A stretch of 39,087 nt of DNA from IMG/VR virus record IMGVR_UViG_3300027732_000054, positions 1 through 39,087 of that record. One strand, 5' to 3'. The notes beneath the pieces are model-generated. The model had not been told where the DNA came from. It saw nothing but the letters and a program-made list of their open reading frames with translations, and ran no database searches. This DNA is from a virus (taxonomy: Duplodnaviria; Caudoviricetes). The position numbers and the translations under genes were made by a program. This document shows positions 9,130-16,410 of this stretch, in pieces; the stretch's first letter is position 1, and the number at the start of each line of letters is the position of its first letter.

Positions 9130-9329
9130 TACTTTCCTTTCCTGATGATGTGGAGAATGTCTTGGCTCATGTTGAGACCGCCACCGAGAGCCTTCCAAAG
9201 AGCGTCTTTCACTTCTTTGGGAGTGTCGGCGGGTAGGTCATCCCAAGCCCTGATACCAGCACGAATGTCGTCATGGGTATCAAGAGCGTACTGGGCGTAC
9301 TGTTCTTCATAGGTGGTAGTTGTTTCCAT
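9129..9329 (-). CDS. hypothetical protein, leaderless
   Basis: ATG at +1 of class I promoter. Confidence 0.8.
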   Translation of the reverse strand: METTTTYEEQYAQYALDTHDDIRAGIRAWDDLPADTPKEVKDALWKALGGGLNMSQDILHIIRKGK

Positions 9330-9336
9330 GCTTAGG

Positions 9337-9426
9337 TATCGGACTGTCCATCACCTTAGTTCAGTCAGGTTTATCCACAGCCCTGTGGATAACTTTTGGT
9401 GAACTACCGTAATACCTATCCCGATA
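9337..9426. promoter_or_regulatory. divergent pair of class I promoters with inverted DnaA boxes
   Basis: TATCGG 9337, boxes 9371/9384, TGAACTA 9400, CCGATA 9421. Confidence 0.88.
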
Positions 9427-9433
9427 CTTGGGC

Positions 9434-9547
9434 ATGGAACTACTTGATTACATACTTGAGCCAGCAATTCCGTTCTTTGTGGTCGCTGGCTTGCTGTACC
9501 GCTTATTCCGAAACGAAATCAAAGACGCTTTTAGCGACGACCAATGA
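9434..9547 (+). CDS. 37 aa single-TM microprotein, leaderless (not in ORF track)
   Basis: MELLDYILEPAIPFFVVAGLLYRLFRNEIKDAFSDDQ; ATG at +1. Confidence 0.75.
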   Translation: MELLDYILEPAIPFFVVAGLLYRLFRNEIKDAFSDDQ

Positions 9548-9558
9548 AGGGAGCAGAC

Positions 9559-9738
9559 ATGAAGTACCGAGTTACATACACTCGCCACGATGACCGACTC
9601 TTTGTCGGCGGTCAGGGAGTTTCTTTCTTTCGCACGGAACACGGGGCTGCTCGTTTCCTCGGACAGTTAGAGGACTCCTACAACATTGACCAAGACTCCA
9701 TCGTCGTTCACATCTTTGAGGATGGCGAACAGGCGTAA
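9559..9738 (+). CDS. hypothetical protein
   Basis: SD AAGGGAG then MKYRVTYT. Confidence 0.7.
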   Translation: MKYRVTYTRHDDRLFVGGQGVSFFRTEHGAARFLGQLEDSYNIDQDSIVVHIFEDGEQA

Positions 9739-9822
9739 CAAGGATAAGCGGAAGCCCCGGCTATTCTTGAGATGTAGGTGTGGTTAGCAGGTCGGAAGCC
9801 AACGCCTCCACACCACAAAACG

Positions 9823-9860
9823 AAAGCCCTCCACCCAGTCAATCAGCGGTGGGGGGCTTT
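9823..9860. terminator. bidirectional intrinsic terminator
   Basis: AAAGCCCTCCACC...GGTGGGGGGCTTT between convergent genes. Confidence 0.65.
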
Positions 9861-9963
9861 TGTGCTTGCTCGGACTTAGAAACGGGGCTCCCTCGGATTT
9901 AGAAACTTGGCTGGGCGAACGAATAGAACCCCACCGTGTGAACGGCAGGGAACTAGGGGTCGC

Positions 9964-10092
9964 TCAGTTCGGCTCCCTCATCAGTTCGTGAAGGTCAGAA
10001 CCGCATTGGTCGCATAGGGCATAGTCCCCGCAGTCAATGGTGACTCCCTCGGTTGTTTGGCATTGGTCGCAGGTGTTGTGTTCGTTGTTCAT
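9964..10092 (-). CDS. 42 aa zinc-ribbon microprotein, leaderless (not in ORF track)
   Basis: MNNEHNTCDQC...LCDQCG; ATG at +1. Confidence 0.78.
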   Translation of the reverse strand: MNNEHNTCDQCQTTEGVTIDCGDYALCDQCGSDLHELMREPN

Positions 10093-10099
10093 ACCTAGA

Positions 10100-10142
10100 T
10101 ATCGGAACAAAGATTACAGTGGTTCACCGAAGTTTATCCACA
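10100..10142 (-). promoter_or_regulatory. class I promoter + DnaA box
   Basis: TATCGG 10100, TGGTTCA 10120, box 10134. Confidence 0.85.
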
Positions 10143-10267
10143 GACCCGTTCAGCCCCCACGGATGATGAGCCCCGCATCCTCAGATGCGCCTGTAACAAA
10201 AATCGGGGCTGGCGCACCCGTGAGAGTGAGTTCGCCCGTGAGTGAGTGTAAACGAGAACAGCAATAA

Positions 10268-10324
10268 GGGGCTTATCCAGCCCCCCTACCCTGAGTCTCG
10301 CTCCGTTGCCCGTGTGGGCTATGT
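10268..10324 (-). repeat. conserved 3' structured element copy A
   Basis: Three hairpins shared with 10851 and 13421. Confidence 0.7.
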
Positions 10325-10341
10325 GGGGTGGTTGCCCGATA

Positions 10342-10485
10342 TCAGTAGATATCAAGCACCAACTCCTCCCCGAAGCCCTCAAAGGCTTCAAAGCATTCGT
10401 CGCACTCGTTGTACGCCCAACCGTCAATGACGCTCGTAAGTACAGCATTGTGAATGCCACAAATGTCGCAAAGTGAATCGTTCAT
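10342..10485 (-). CDS. 47 aa zinc-ribbon microprotein (not in ORF track)
   Basis: MNDSLCDICGIH...CDECF; conserved leader. Confidence 0.78.
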   Translation of the reverse strand: MNDSLCDICGIHNAVLTSVIDGWAYNECDECFEAFEGFGEELVLDIY

Positions 10486-10511
10486 GTTCACCCCCTTCCC
10501 TGTCACCTATG

Positions 10512-10567
10512 TATCAGTTCGGTTCTTACGATGGTTCAGTCCGTTTTATCCACAAGGGTTATCCACA
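10512..10567 (-). promoter_or_regulatory. class I promoter variant (CTGATA) + two tandem DnaA boxes
   Basis: TATCAG 10512, TGGTTCA 10532, boxes 10546 and 10559. Confidence 0.8.
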
Positions 10568-10850
10568 CCCGACACGGGCGTAGCCCCGAATCTGAACTTG
10601 CAGACGAAACAAAAATCGGGACTTCGGACAGACTTATTTGAGGGGGTTGCTTTGAGTGGTCGTAGAGCCGTCGTATTCTTACTTGCGGTAATTATCGTGT
10701 GCGTCGGAAAAACCGAGATAGCGATATTGGAACGATGAGCCCCGCATCGGAACTTGCGGGCGCAACCGAAACTCGGGGCTGTCGTGCGCTGTGGGCTGAG
10801 AACGAGAAAACCCCCACCCGTGAGGGCGAGGGCGATGGGAATGCGCTTCG

Positions 10851-10915
10851 GGGGGCTTGTCCAGCCCCCCTGCGATGGGGTCTTGCCCCTGTTGCCCCTG
10901 CGGTGGGGGCTATGT
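10851..10915 (-). repeat. conserved 3' structured element copy B
   Basis: GGGGGCTTGTCCAGCCCCC plus two covarying hairpins. Confidence 0.7.
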
Positions 10916-10925
10916 CCTGCGAGCG

Positions 10926-11060
10926 TCAGGCGAGCAATTCTGCGACTTGACGAGCGACCAACGCCTTCAGGCGATGGCAGTCGTTTCCGTGCGCTTCTTG
11001 CGCCTCAGCAAGCAGACGGAGCAGTTCCTGCGCCATCGCAACCCGATACGATACCTTCAT
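10926..11060 (-). CDS. 44 aa helical microprotein, copy 1 (not in ORF track)
   Basis: MKVSYRVAMAQELLRLLAEAQEAHGNDCHRLKALVARQVAELLA; 41/44 identical to 13495-13629. Confidence 0.9.
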   Translation of the reverse strand: MKVSYRVAMAQELLRLLAEAQEAHGNDCHRLKALVARQVAELLA

Positions 11061-11089
11061 TTTTTCACCTCGCTTCCCTGTCATCTAAG

Positions 11090-11143
11090 TATCGGCTCAG
11101 TCATTACATTGGTTCAATCGGAGTTATCCACACCTGTGGATAA
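11090..11143 (-). promoter_or_regulatory. class I promoter + inverted DnaA box pair
   Basis: TATCGG 11090, TGGTTCA 11110, boxes 11124/11135. Confidence 0.85.
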
Positions 11144-11228
11144 GTATCCACGAGCGTCAGCGCACCAGCGGGCGTGCGTGCGTGCGTGCGGGGGCGGAGC
11201 CCCGTATGTATGTGTTACGCAACAAACG

Positions 11229-11242
11229 ACGGTGGCGGAAAG
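11229..11242 (+). repeat. ACGGTGGCGGAAAG motif copy 3
   Basis: Perfect 14-mer. Confidence 0.85.
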
Positions 11243-11353
11243 GAAACGACACAAAGAAAGCGCAAACGAAAAAACGGGGCTATTCGGATTTATGACGGGA
11301 TAACACAAAGCCCCCTCACGCACTTGACGCAAGGGGGCTTGTTGGGGGGTGGG

Positions 11354-11563
11354 TTAGAGAGACAAGGCTCCGAACCGTGCGCCACCGAGAGTGGAGTCGC
11401 AAGCATCACATTGACTCCAAGAGAAGTCAGTTATGTCTACAGAGTCCACTACCAAGTGACCCGTACGCTCCATTCCCGACTTGACACGGAGTTCAGTTTC
11501 CGAGTCCATGCCTGAGAAGTCATTGTTGGCGTGCGCCATAGCGCAATCTACACAAATGTTCAT
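11354..11563 (-). CDS. zinc-binding microprotein
   Basis: CVDC...FSWSQCDAC; SD GGAGGT. Confidence 0.8.
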   Translation of the reverse strand: MNICVDCAMAHANNDFSGMDSETELRVKSGMERTGHLVVDSVDITDFSWSQCDACDSTLGGARFGALSL

Positions 11564-11584
11564 TGTTTAACCTCCATACCCATG

Positions 11585-11611
11585 TATCGGTCTAGGGATT
11601 ATTTTAGTTCA
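11585..11611 (-). promoter_or_regulatory. class I promoter without DnaA box
   Basis: TATCGG 11585, TAGTTCA 11605; -35 TGA is the stop of the upstream gene. Confidence 0.75.
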
Positions 11612-11821
11612 GTCCAAGAGTGGCTTCAATATGTTGCGCAAGTCAAGGAGAGAGTCGGTCATTTCCGATGACGAACAGATGTTCGTGTTGCCGATGTCCT
11701 TCAGTACGCCATCAATAATCGTGAGTGACTTACGGATAGCGGTGATTTCTAAGTCCCGCTCCCCGACTGCCATCTCAACAATGGTTGCGGTGTCGTCAAT
11801 GATGTTGGATTCGTTTGTCAT
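11609..11821 (-). CDS. hypothetical protein
   Basis: 70 aa ORF in minus-strand operon. Confidence 0.7.
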   Translation of the reverse strand: MTNESNIIDDTATIVEMAVGERDLEITAIRKSLTIIDGVLKDIGNTNICSSSEMTDSLLDLRNILKPLLD

Positions 11822-11844
11822 TTTGCTCAACCTTTCAGAAAGAT

Positions 11845-12255
11845 TTATTTGTACGGTATTAAGTTTTTTGCCCTAGCCGCCATGATTCTTTTTGCGGCTG
11901 TAGAGATGGTAATTCCTTGGGCATTTGCCACTGCCCGCTGTACTGGTACTCGTGCTTTATGAGCCGCCATATATATTTCTGCGACTTCCTGTAGGTCGTC
12001 ATCGGAGTGTGCTCGCCCTTGTCGTGAAGTTTTTTCACGCTTTCCTAGTATCCGTGAGAGGGCTGGCAACTTTACCGCCAGTTCATCACGAAAGATTTCT
12101 TCAAGTGAGATGCTCGACAGTGCTCTTCGTGAGACGGGCGTTGAGTCGGTTGTTTTAATTTTGACGGACATAATTTCTTGTCGTCCATTGACCAACTTGG
12201 TAGTGAGTGTGACATCCCACTTTTTCCCGATTTTGTCTGTAAATGTTTTTTTCAT
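11845..12255 (-). CDS. putative HTH DNA-binding protein (DUF6214-like C-terminus)
   Basis: Start MKKTF by ATGA overlap; LQEVAEIY..A...P.QRAVA...GITISTAAKRIMAAR. Confidence 0.65.
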   Translation of the reverse strand: MKKTFTDKIGKKWDVTLTTKLVNGRQEIMSVKIKTTDSTPVSRRALSSISLEEIFRDELAVKLPALSRILGKREKTSRQGRAHSDDDLQEVAEIYMAAHKARVPVQRAVANAQGITISTAAKRIMAARAKNLIPYK

Positions 12256-12599
12256 TCCTCGTCCTCGTCGTATTCGTCCTCGTCCTCGCACCAGTCGCCC
12301 TGCCCGATGAGACTTGTGTAGCCTGCGTTCGGGTTCTCGTGGTCTGTGGTGACTGCGTTGATGAACTTCAGTCCACAGGACTCGTCCCACCAGACTTTCA
12401 GGGTGGCGAACATTTCCTCAGGAGTCCCCGTGAAAGTGCGGTCGGTACAATTAGTTCCGTTGTAGTTCTGGCGAAACCAGTCTGCTTGTTCCTCGTCCAT
12501 TGCCACATAGATTTTGTGGCAACCGTCAAAGGCTACGAGGATTGCGTCCTCAACAGCGGTTTCTACTCGGTCAAATAGTTCGTCAAGTGTTTTGGTCAT
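12252..12599 (-). CDS. hypothetical protein, leaderless; paralog of 29341-29676
   Basis: DGCHKIYVA.D.EQA.WF, SCGL.F..AV, PNAGY.SLI.QGD. Confidence 0.88.
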   Translation of the reverse strand: MTKTLDELFDRVETAVEDAILVAFDGCHKIYVAMDEEQADWFRQNYNGTNCTDRTFTGTPEEMFATLKVWWDESCGLKFINAVTTDHENPNAGYTSLIGQGDWCEDEDEYDEDEE

Positions 12600-12606
12600 G
12601 TCTAAG

Positions 12607-12661
12607 TATCGGCTCCGTCGTTACGCTAGTTCAGTCTGATTTATCCACAGGGTTATCCACA
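12607..12661 (-). promoter_or_regulatory. class I promoter + two tandem DnaA boxes
   Basis: TATCGG 12607, TAGTTCA 12627, boxes 12641/12653. Confidence 0.87.
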
Positions 12662-12666
12662 GGGGT

Positions 12667-12981
12667 CTATCGGCTATCTATGTGTAGGTCAGCATGGTTC
12701 TGAGCAATGACCGCAGACTCAACCCATGGAGCCCCGTCTTCCCACTTGTGCTCAGGGAAGTCACATAACTTTGTTGCTTCGTCATTGAAGTACCACAATG
12801 AGTAATGCCAAGTCGGGTCGCTGTCGCCATCAAAGTAATCCCACACCTGAACAAGCAAGTAGTGGCAGATGTCAAGGTTGAAGTGAGCGCACGGGGCTAC
12901 CGCACCAAGAGAACTCTCTTGCTCGTACCCTTTTATCAAGGTGTCGTGTACAAGTTCGGTGATACATCGCAGGTCGCTCAT
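12667..12981 (-). CDS. hypothetical protein
   Basis: 104 aa ORF with SD-like GGA. Confidence 0.65.
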   Translation of the reverse strand: MSDLRCITELVHDTLIKGYEQESSLGAVAPCAHFNLDICHYLLVQVWDYFDGDSDPTWHYSLWYFNDEATKLCDFPEHKWEDGAPWVESAVIAQNHADLHIDSR

Positions 12982-13013
12982 CTGTTTTCCATCCTTATCA
13001 AGTATAGGTGAAC

Positions 13014-13235
13014 CTAGACTCGGATTTCTTTTTCAATCTCGTTGTAGATTTCTGCCATCGCTTCAACCACTCGTGTGCTGAGAATGTCTGCGAATGAGTC
13101 ATGGGCAATTTCGTCGGGTGCTTCGTTGTACCAGTTAAGGAGTGCTTGCCACTCTCCGATGTTTCTCGCATCATATGCGTCTGCGACTATTTGCCTGACT
13201 GCTTGTGTGAAGTTTGGATTTGCGGTGGTTTTCAT
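13014..13235 (-). CDS. hypothetical protein, leaderless
   Basis: ATG at +1 of class I promoter. Confidence 0.8.
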   Translation of the reverse strand: MKTTANPNFTQAVRQIVADAYDARNIGEWQALLNWYNEAPDEIAHDSFADILSTRVVEAMAEIYNEIEKEIRV

Positions 13236-13242
13236 ATCTAGG

Positions 13243-13282
13243 TATCAGGTTGGTCATTACTTTAGTTCAGTCGTTTTTTTTT
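13243..13282 (-). promoter_or_regulatory. class I promoter (CTGATA) with A-tract in place of DnaA box
   Basis: TATCAG 13243, TAGTTCA 13263, then GTCG-T9. Confidence 0.75.
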
Positions 13283-13420
13283 GAGCCTGTATGCGCTATC
13301 CGTGCGTGCGTAGAGCCCCGCACCTGCGTGCCGAGTGGAATGGGGGCGGAATGGAAACCCGGGGCTAGCGCGCCATCTGTGGGCGTGTGGGCGTGTGTGA
13401 TGTTTCGGGGAACGGCAATA

Positions 13421-13484
13421 GGGGGCTTATCCAGCCCCCCTACCCTGAGGTCGTGCCCCTGTGCCCCTGTGTCGGGGGCTATGT
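13421..13484 (-). repeat. conserved 3' structured element copy C
   Basis: GGGGGCTTATCCAGCCCCC plus two covarying hairpins. Confidence 0.7.
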
Positions 13485-13494
13485 GCGCTCGGTG

Positions 13495-13629
13495 CTAGGC
13501 GAGCAGTTCAGCCACTTGACGGGCTACCAGCGCCTGTAGGCGGTGGCAATCGTTGCTGTGGGCTGACTGCGCCTCTGCGAGCAAGCGCAAGAGTTCTTGC
13601 GCCATAGCCACTCGGTATGAGACTTTCAT
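13495..13629 (-). CDS. 44 aa helical microprotein, copy 2 (not in ORF track)
   Basis: MKVSYRVAMAQELLRLLAEAQSAHSNDCHRLQALVARQVAELLA; SD GGAGGTGA. Confidence 0.9.
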   Translation of the reverse strand: MKVSYRVAMAQELLRLLAEAQSAHSNDCHRLQALVARQVAELLA

Positions 13630-13660
13630 GTTTTCACCTCCGTTCCCTGTCATGTCTAGG

Positions 13661-13703
13661 TATCGGTTGGGTCGTTACATTGGTTCAGCGGGATTTATCC
13701 ACA
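13661..13703 (-). promoter_or_regulatory. class I promoter + DnaA box
   Basis: TATCGG 13661, TGGTTCA 13681, box 13695. Confidence 0.85.
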
Positions 13704-13810
13704 GGGTCGCCACTTGCCCGCAGGGTTCGTGTTCCCAGCGGGTGCGTGCGCGCGTGCGCCCTCATGCGTGTGCGGGGGCGGAGCCCCGATTATGTGTTAC
13801 GCAACGAGTG

Positions 13811-13824
13811 ACGGTGGCGGAAAG
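13811..13824 (+). repeat. ACGGTGGCGGAAAG motif copy 4
   Basis: Perfect 14-mer, 2 nt from stop of 13827 gene. Confidence 0.85.
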
Positions 13825-13826
13825 GG

Positions 13827-14033
13827 TTACCCTTCAACAGTTTCAATTTCATCTGAGACAGACCTGACATCCCAGCCGTAATGAAAGTTGAGCCACCTTG
13901 ACGCAAGTTCGGTTGCGACATCCAACAGTTCGTCGGGGCTCTTGCCCGCTATGTCAGGTTCTTCAAGGTCAAGTTCTACACTTGTTGTCATTGTGAAGAA
14001 GTCGCCAATGAAGGTAACGGTGTAGGGCTTCAT
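13827..14033 (-). CDS. hypothetical protein
   Basis: ATGA overlap with upstream gene. Confidence 0.72.
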   Translation of the reverse strand: MKPYTVTFIGDFFTMTTSVELDLEEPDIAGKSPDELLDVATELASRWLNFHYGWDVRSVSDEIETVEG

Positions 14034-14437
14034 TCTTCATCCCATTGGAATGGGGTGACGGTGATGACTCCTGTGCCATCGTGGTGAGAGAGAACGCCAG
14101 TCAGGTGGTCGGCATGAACGGTGAGTTCCAAACGCCATTCGGTGCCATTAGGCGTGATTGACTCCAGCAGTTTTTCGGGTGTTCGTGCGTGGAATGTTCC
14201 GCTGACTGGTCCATCCCATAGTGGGAAGCCTTCAATGCGAAACGGTTGGTTGGTTTCGGTGAACAAGTGTGCGGTGATGTTCTCAAAATCCTCAACTTGT
14301 GAGTCCCAGCAGTCTCCCCAGCATTCAGGGGCAACTTCCCAGTCTCCTGAGTCGTCGTTGTAGGTGACGCAGGTACAAGTATTAGTGATTGTGGCGGTGT
14401 ATGTTCCGCTCTCGGTGGGGATAATTTTTGTGGTCAT
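14030..14437 (-). CDS. hypothetical protein, leaderless
   Basis: ATG at +1; CTC...CWGDCW, SHHD. Confidence 0.82.
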   Translation of the reverse strand: MTTKIIPTESGTYTATITNTCTCVTYNDDSGDWEVAPECWGDCWDSQVEDFENITAHLFTETNQPFRIEGFPLWDGPVSGTFHARTPEKLLESITPNGTEWRLELTVHADHLTGVLSHHDGTGVITVTPFQWDEE

Positions 14438-14444
14438 ATCTACC

Positions 14445-14520
14445 TATCGGTATCGGCGTTATTTTAGTTCAGCGAAACTTATCCACATGGTGTGGATAAC
14501 TCTTGGCAGGGTGTGGATAA
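14445..14520 (-). promoter_or_regulatory. class I promoter + three DnaA boxes
   Basis: TATCGG 14445, TAGTTCA 14465, boxes 14479, 14491, 14512. Confidence 0.87.
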
Positions 14521-14538
14521 CCCGGGGCTTCGGCAGCG

Positions 14539-14928
14539 TCAGGCGATGAGACAGTCGCCATCAACGACAACCGTTTCCATGTATCGCATCAGCACCGCAT
14601 CACGCAAGTTGCTTGGCGTTCCCATGTTGTCCCATAGATAGACAAGTTCGTATATCTCCTCAATGGCTTCATCGGCAAGGTAGTTGCTCAGAAACAAGTT
14701 CCATCCAGCCCCGCTCCCAAACACATCAAGTGCGGTCATTGAGTGAAAGTAATCCAACCCGTCGGCGTGTCTAGTGGCGATAGCGACATGCCAGTCCCCA
14801 TTTTCGGGTGCGTCAATATACGAGCAGTCCAACCTGCCTCGCTCTTCTTCGGTCATTGTGTTATCCACATCACTCCACAGCGTGAGCGAATGTGAGAATG
14901 GGCGATAACAAATATGGATGATGGTCAT
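14539..14928 (-). CDS. hypothetical protein; paralog of 6769-7116
   Basis: ATGA overlap; GAGWNLFL motif. Confidence 0.82.
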   Translation of the reverse strand: MTIIHICYRPFSHSLTLWSDVDNTMTEEERGRLDCSYIDAPENGDWHVAIATRHADGLDYFHSMTALDVFGSGAGWNLFLSNYLADEAIEEIYELVYLWDNMGTPSNLRDAVLMRYMETVVVDGDCLIA

Positions 14929-15296
14929 GTCATCAGACTCGCTCTCCACTCAGCGTGAGTCACGATGAAGTCTTTTGCCGAGTATCGCTTATCCTCGTAA
15001 ACAATGAATGGCTCTCCAAGTTCCTGAAAGAATACCGTGGGGATAGGGTACTCATTATCGCCTGCTGGCTCTCCGACCATAATGCCGTAGCCCGTTGCCT
15101 CGCCCGTACAACCCGTAAGAGTGTCAAAGATAATGCGAGTAGCGTATGTTTCATCGTCAAGCCTGCCGTTATCGTGCGCCTTGTATAAGCCCTCAGCCAA
15201 TATGCGAGCAATGTCATCGCCGTGCCAATGCGTATAGAAGTAGATAGGCGTTGCGTTCGTACTCTGAACGATGCCGATATGTCCTCGTGAGCCCAT
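14925..15296 (-). CDS. conserved phage hypothetical protein
   Basis: MGSRG...YFYTHWHG pattern common in phage ORFs; SD AAGGGAG. Confidence 0.8.
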   Translation of the reverse strand: MGSRGHIGIVQSTNATPIYFYTHWHGDDIARILAEGLYKAHDNGRLDDETYATRIIFDTLTGCTGEATGYGIMVGEPAGDNEYPIPTVFFQELGEPFIVYEDKRYSAKDFIVTHAEWRASLMT

Positions 15297-15329
15297 GATG
15301 GGTACTCCCTTTCTGTGGGTGTATCTATC

Positions 15330-15366
15330 TATCGGATTGCTCGTTACATTAGTTCAGTCGTTTTTA
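15330..15366 (-). promoter_or_regulatory. class I promoter with A-tract, no DnaA box
   Basis: TATCGG 15330, TAGTTCA 15350, GTCGTTTTT. Confidence 0.75.
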
Positions 15367-15722
15367 TTCTTATGCCCAAACAGTCGGTTGAGCCACCCGC
15401 ACCCGCCGAGCCCCGCACCTGAGCGTGACGGCGTTTCGTTTTCTGGCAAAGAGTCATTCCAATGAGGGAGGTTTTGTTGGTGAACCATCTCTAGTAGTCC
15501 GTGTGGGTTCAGCGTATGTCGCCACACACGGTCACCACTATCCTCGTACAAGTCTAAGACGAAAGAGTCAATCTCGTAGTCGGCTGTAACCCACTCTCCA
15601 TCGGGGCTCTCAACCTGCGGGCAGTTTAGTAACTCCGCAATACCAATAGTCAAGTCACCGAGTTCCAAGTCAGTTGCGTCATCATCTGTAGTAAAGGTTA
15701 TGTTGATGTTATAGACAGCCAT
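15354..15722 (-). CDS. hypothetical acidic protein
   Basis: Probable start MAVYNINI after GGAGA; the longer track ORF runs through RNA hairpins. Confidence 0.65.
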   Translation of the reverse strand: MAVYNINITFTTDDDATDLELGDLTIGIAELLNCPQVESPDGEWVTADYEIDSFVLDLYEDSGDRVWRHTLNPHGLLEMVHQQNLPHWNDSLPENETPSRSGAGLGGCGWLNRLFGHKNKND

Positions 15723-15773
15723 TGAGTTCTCCGAGGTCCCGCTGTCACAGTAGCATTTACGGTGATAAAGCGA

Positions 15774-15892
15774 AGCACCCCCACGCCAAGTCGAGGGCGT
15801 GAGGGTGCTGTCTCCCCGACATGACAGGGATTGGGTGAAGGTTGTCGGGGGAGATGTTTTAGGGCAGGGCTTGCGCCCCACCCCCGAACAAT
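15774..15892 (-). ncRNA. candidate antisense sRNA / structured 3' UTR
   Basis: GCAA-loop hairpin, hairpin 15811-15854 with loop antisense to conserved leaders, terminator-like hairpin 15774-15809. Confidence 0.5.
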
Positions 15893-16099
15893 CTAGAGAC
15901 CGTATAGTAGGTTCCCTGTCGCTTTTCTGAGTGTCTCGGCAAGTGAGTAGTACGACTTGCCCAACTCTTGGACTGTGATTATGCCCCAGTAGCAATCCTT
16001 GTCGTGGCTTGCGATGAGTTTCTGAACCTCAGCCATTGCGCTGATGAGTTCGGAAATGGTGAGTGCCTGCGTTGTGCGCTCGGCGTAGGTGGTGGTCAT
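15893..16099 (-). CDS. hypothetical protein, leaderless
   Basis: ATG at +1. Confidence 0.8.
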   Translation of the reverse strand: MTTTYAERTTQALTISELISAMAEVQKLIASHDKDCYWGIITVQELGKSYYSLAETLRKATGNLLYGL

Positions 16100-16106
16100 G
16101 TCTATG

Positions 16107-16196
16107 TATCGGCTTAGTGATTACGCTAGTTCACTACACTTTATCCACAGGGGTGTGGATAAGTCTGACTGAACCAATATAACTCCTAAACCGATA
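16107..16196. promoter_or_regulatory. divergent pair of class I promoters with inverted DnaA boxes
   Basis: TATCGG 16107, boxes 16141/16154, TGAACCA 16170, CCGATA 16191. Confidence 0.88.
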
Positions 16197-16203
16197 TACG
16201 ACT

Positions 16204-16410
16204 ATGACAGAATCCATCTATCCCGAAGTTGGCAAGGCTCACAACATCAGAGAGTTCAATCGCTCAGGCATCAAGGCTTTCGTTAGCGATGGTGACACTA
16301 AATGTCGCCGTTGCGATAGGCTCATTGCTGAAGGCGAAACTTTTAGTTGGGTTCGTGGCAAGGGTAACTACCACATCGGGAGTTGCCCCAAACCTGAACA
16401 GGAGAAGTAA
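16204..16410 (+). CDS. zinc-finger microprotein, leaderless
   Basis: CRRC..I..GE...W......H...C; ATG at +1. Confidence 0.8.
   Translation: MTESIYPEVGKAHNIREFNRSGIKAFVSDGDTKCRRCDRLIAEGETFSWVRGKGNYHIGSCPKPEQEK

Noticed and set aside
10268-13484. Known self-cleaving ribozyme (hammerhead, HDV/theta, twister) in the 3' element
   Set aside because: No CUGAnGA/GAAA core or the required pseudoknots could be traced by eye
15723-15995. N-terminal 91 aa of the 213 aa track ORF 15354-15995
   Set aside because: Overlaps gene 15893-16099 and stable RNA hairpins; an SD-led start at 15722 is more plausible
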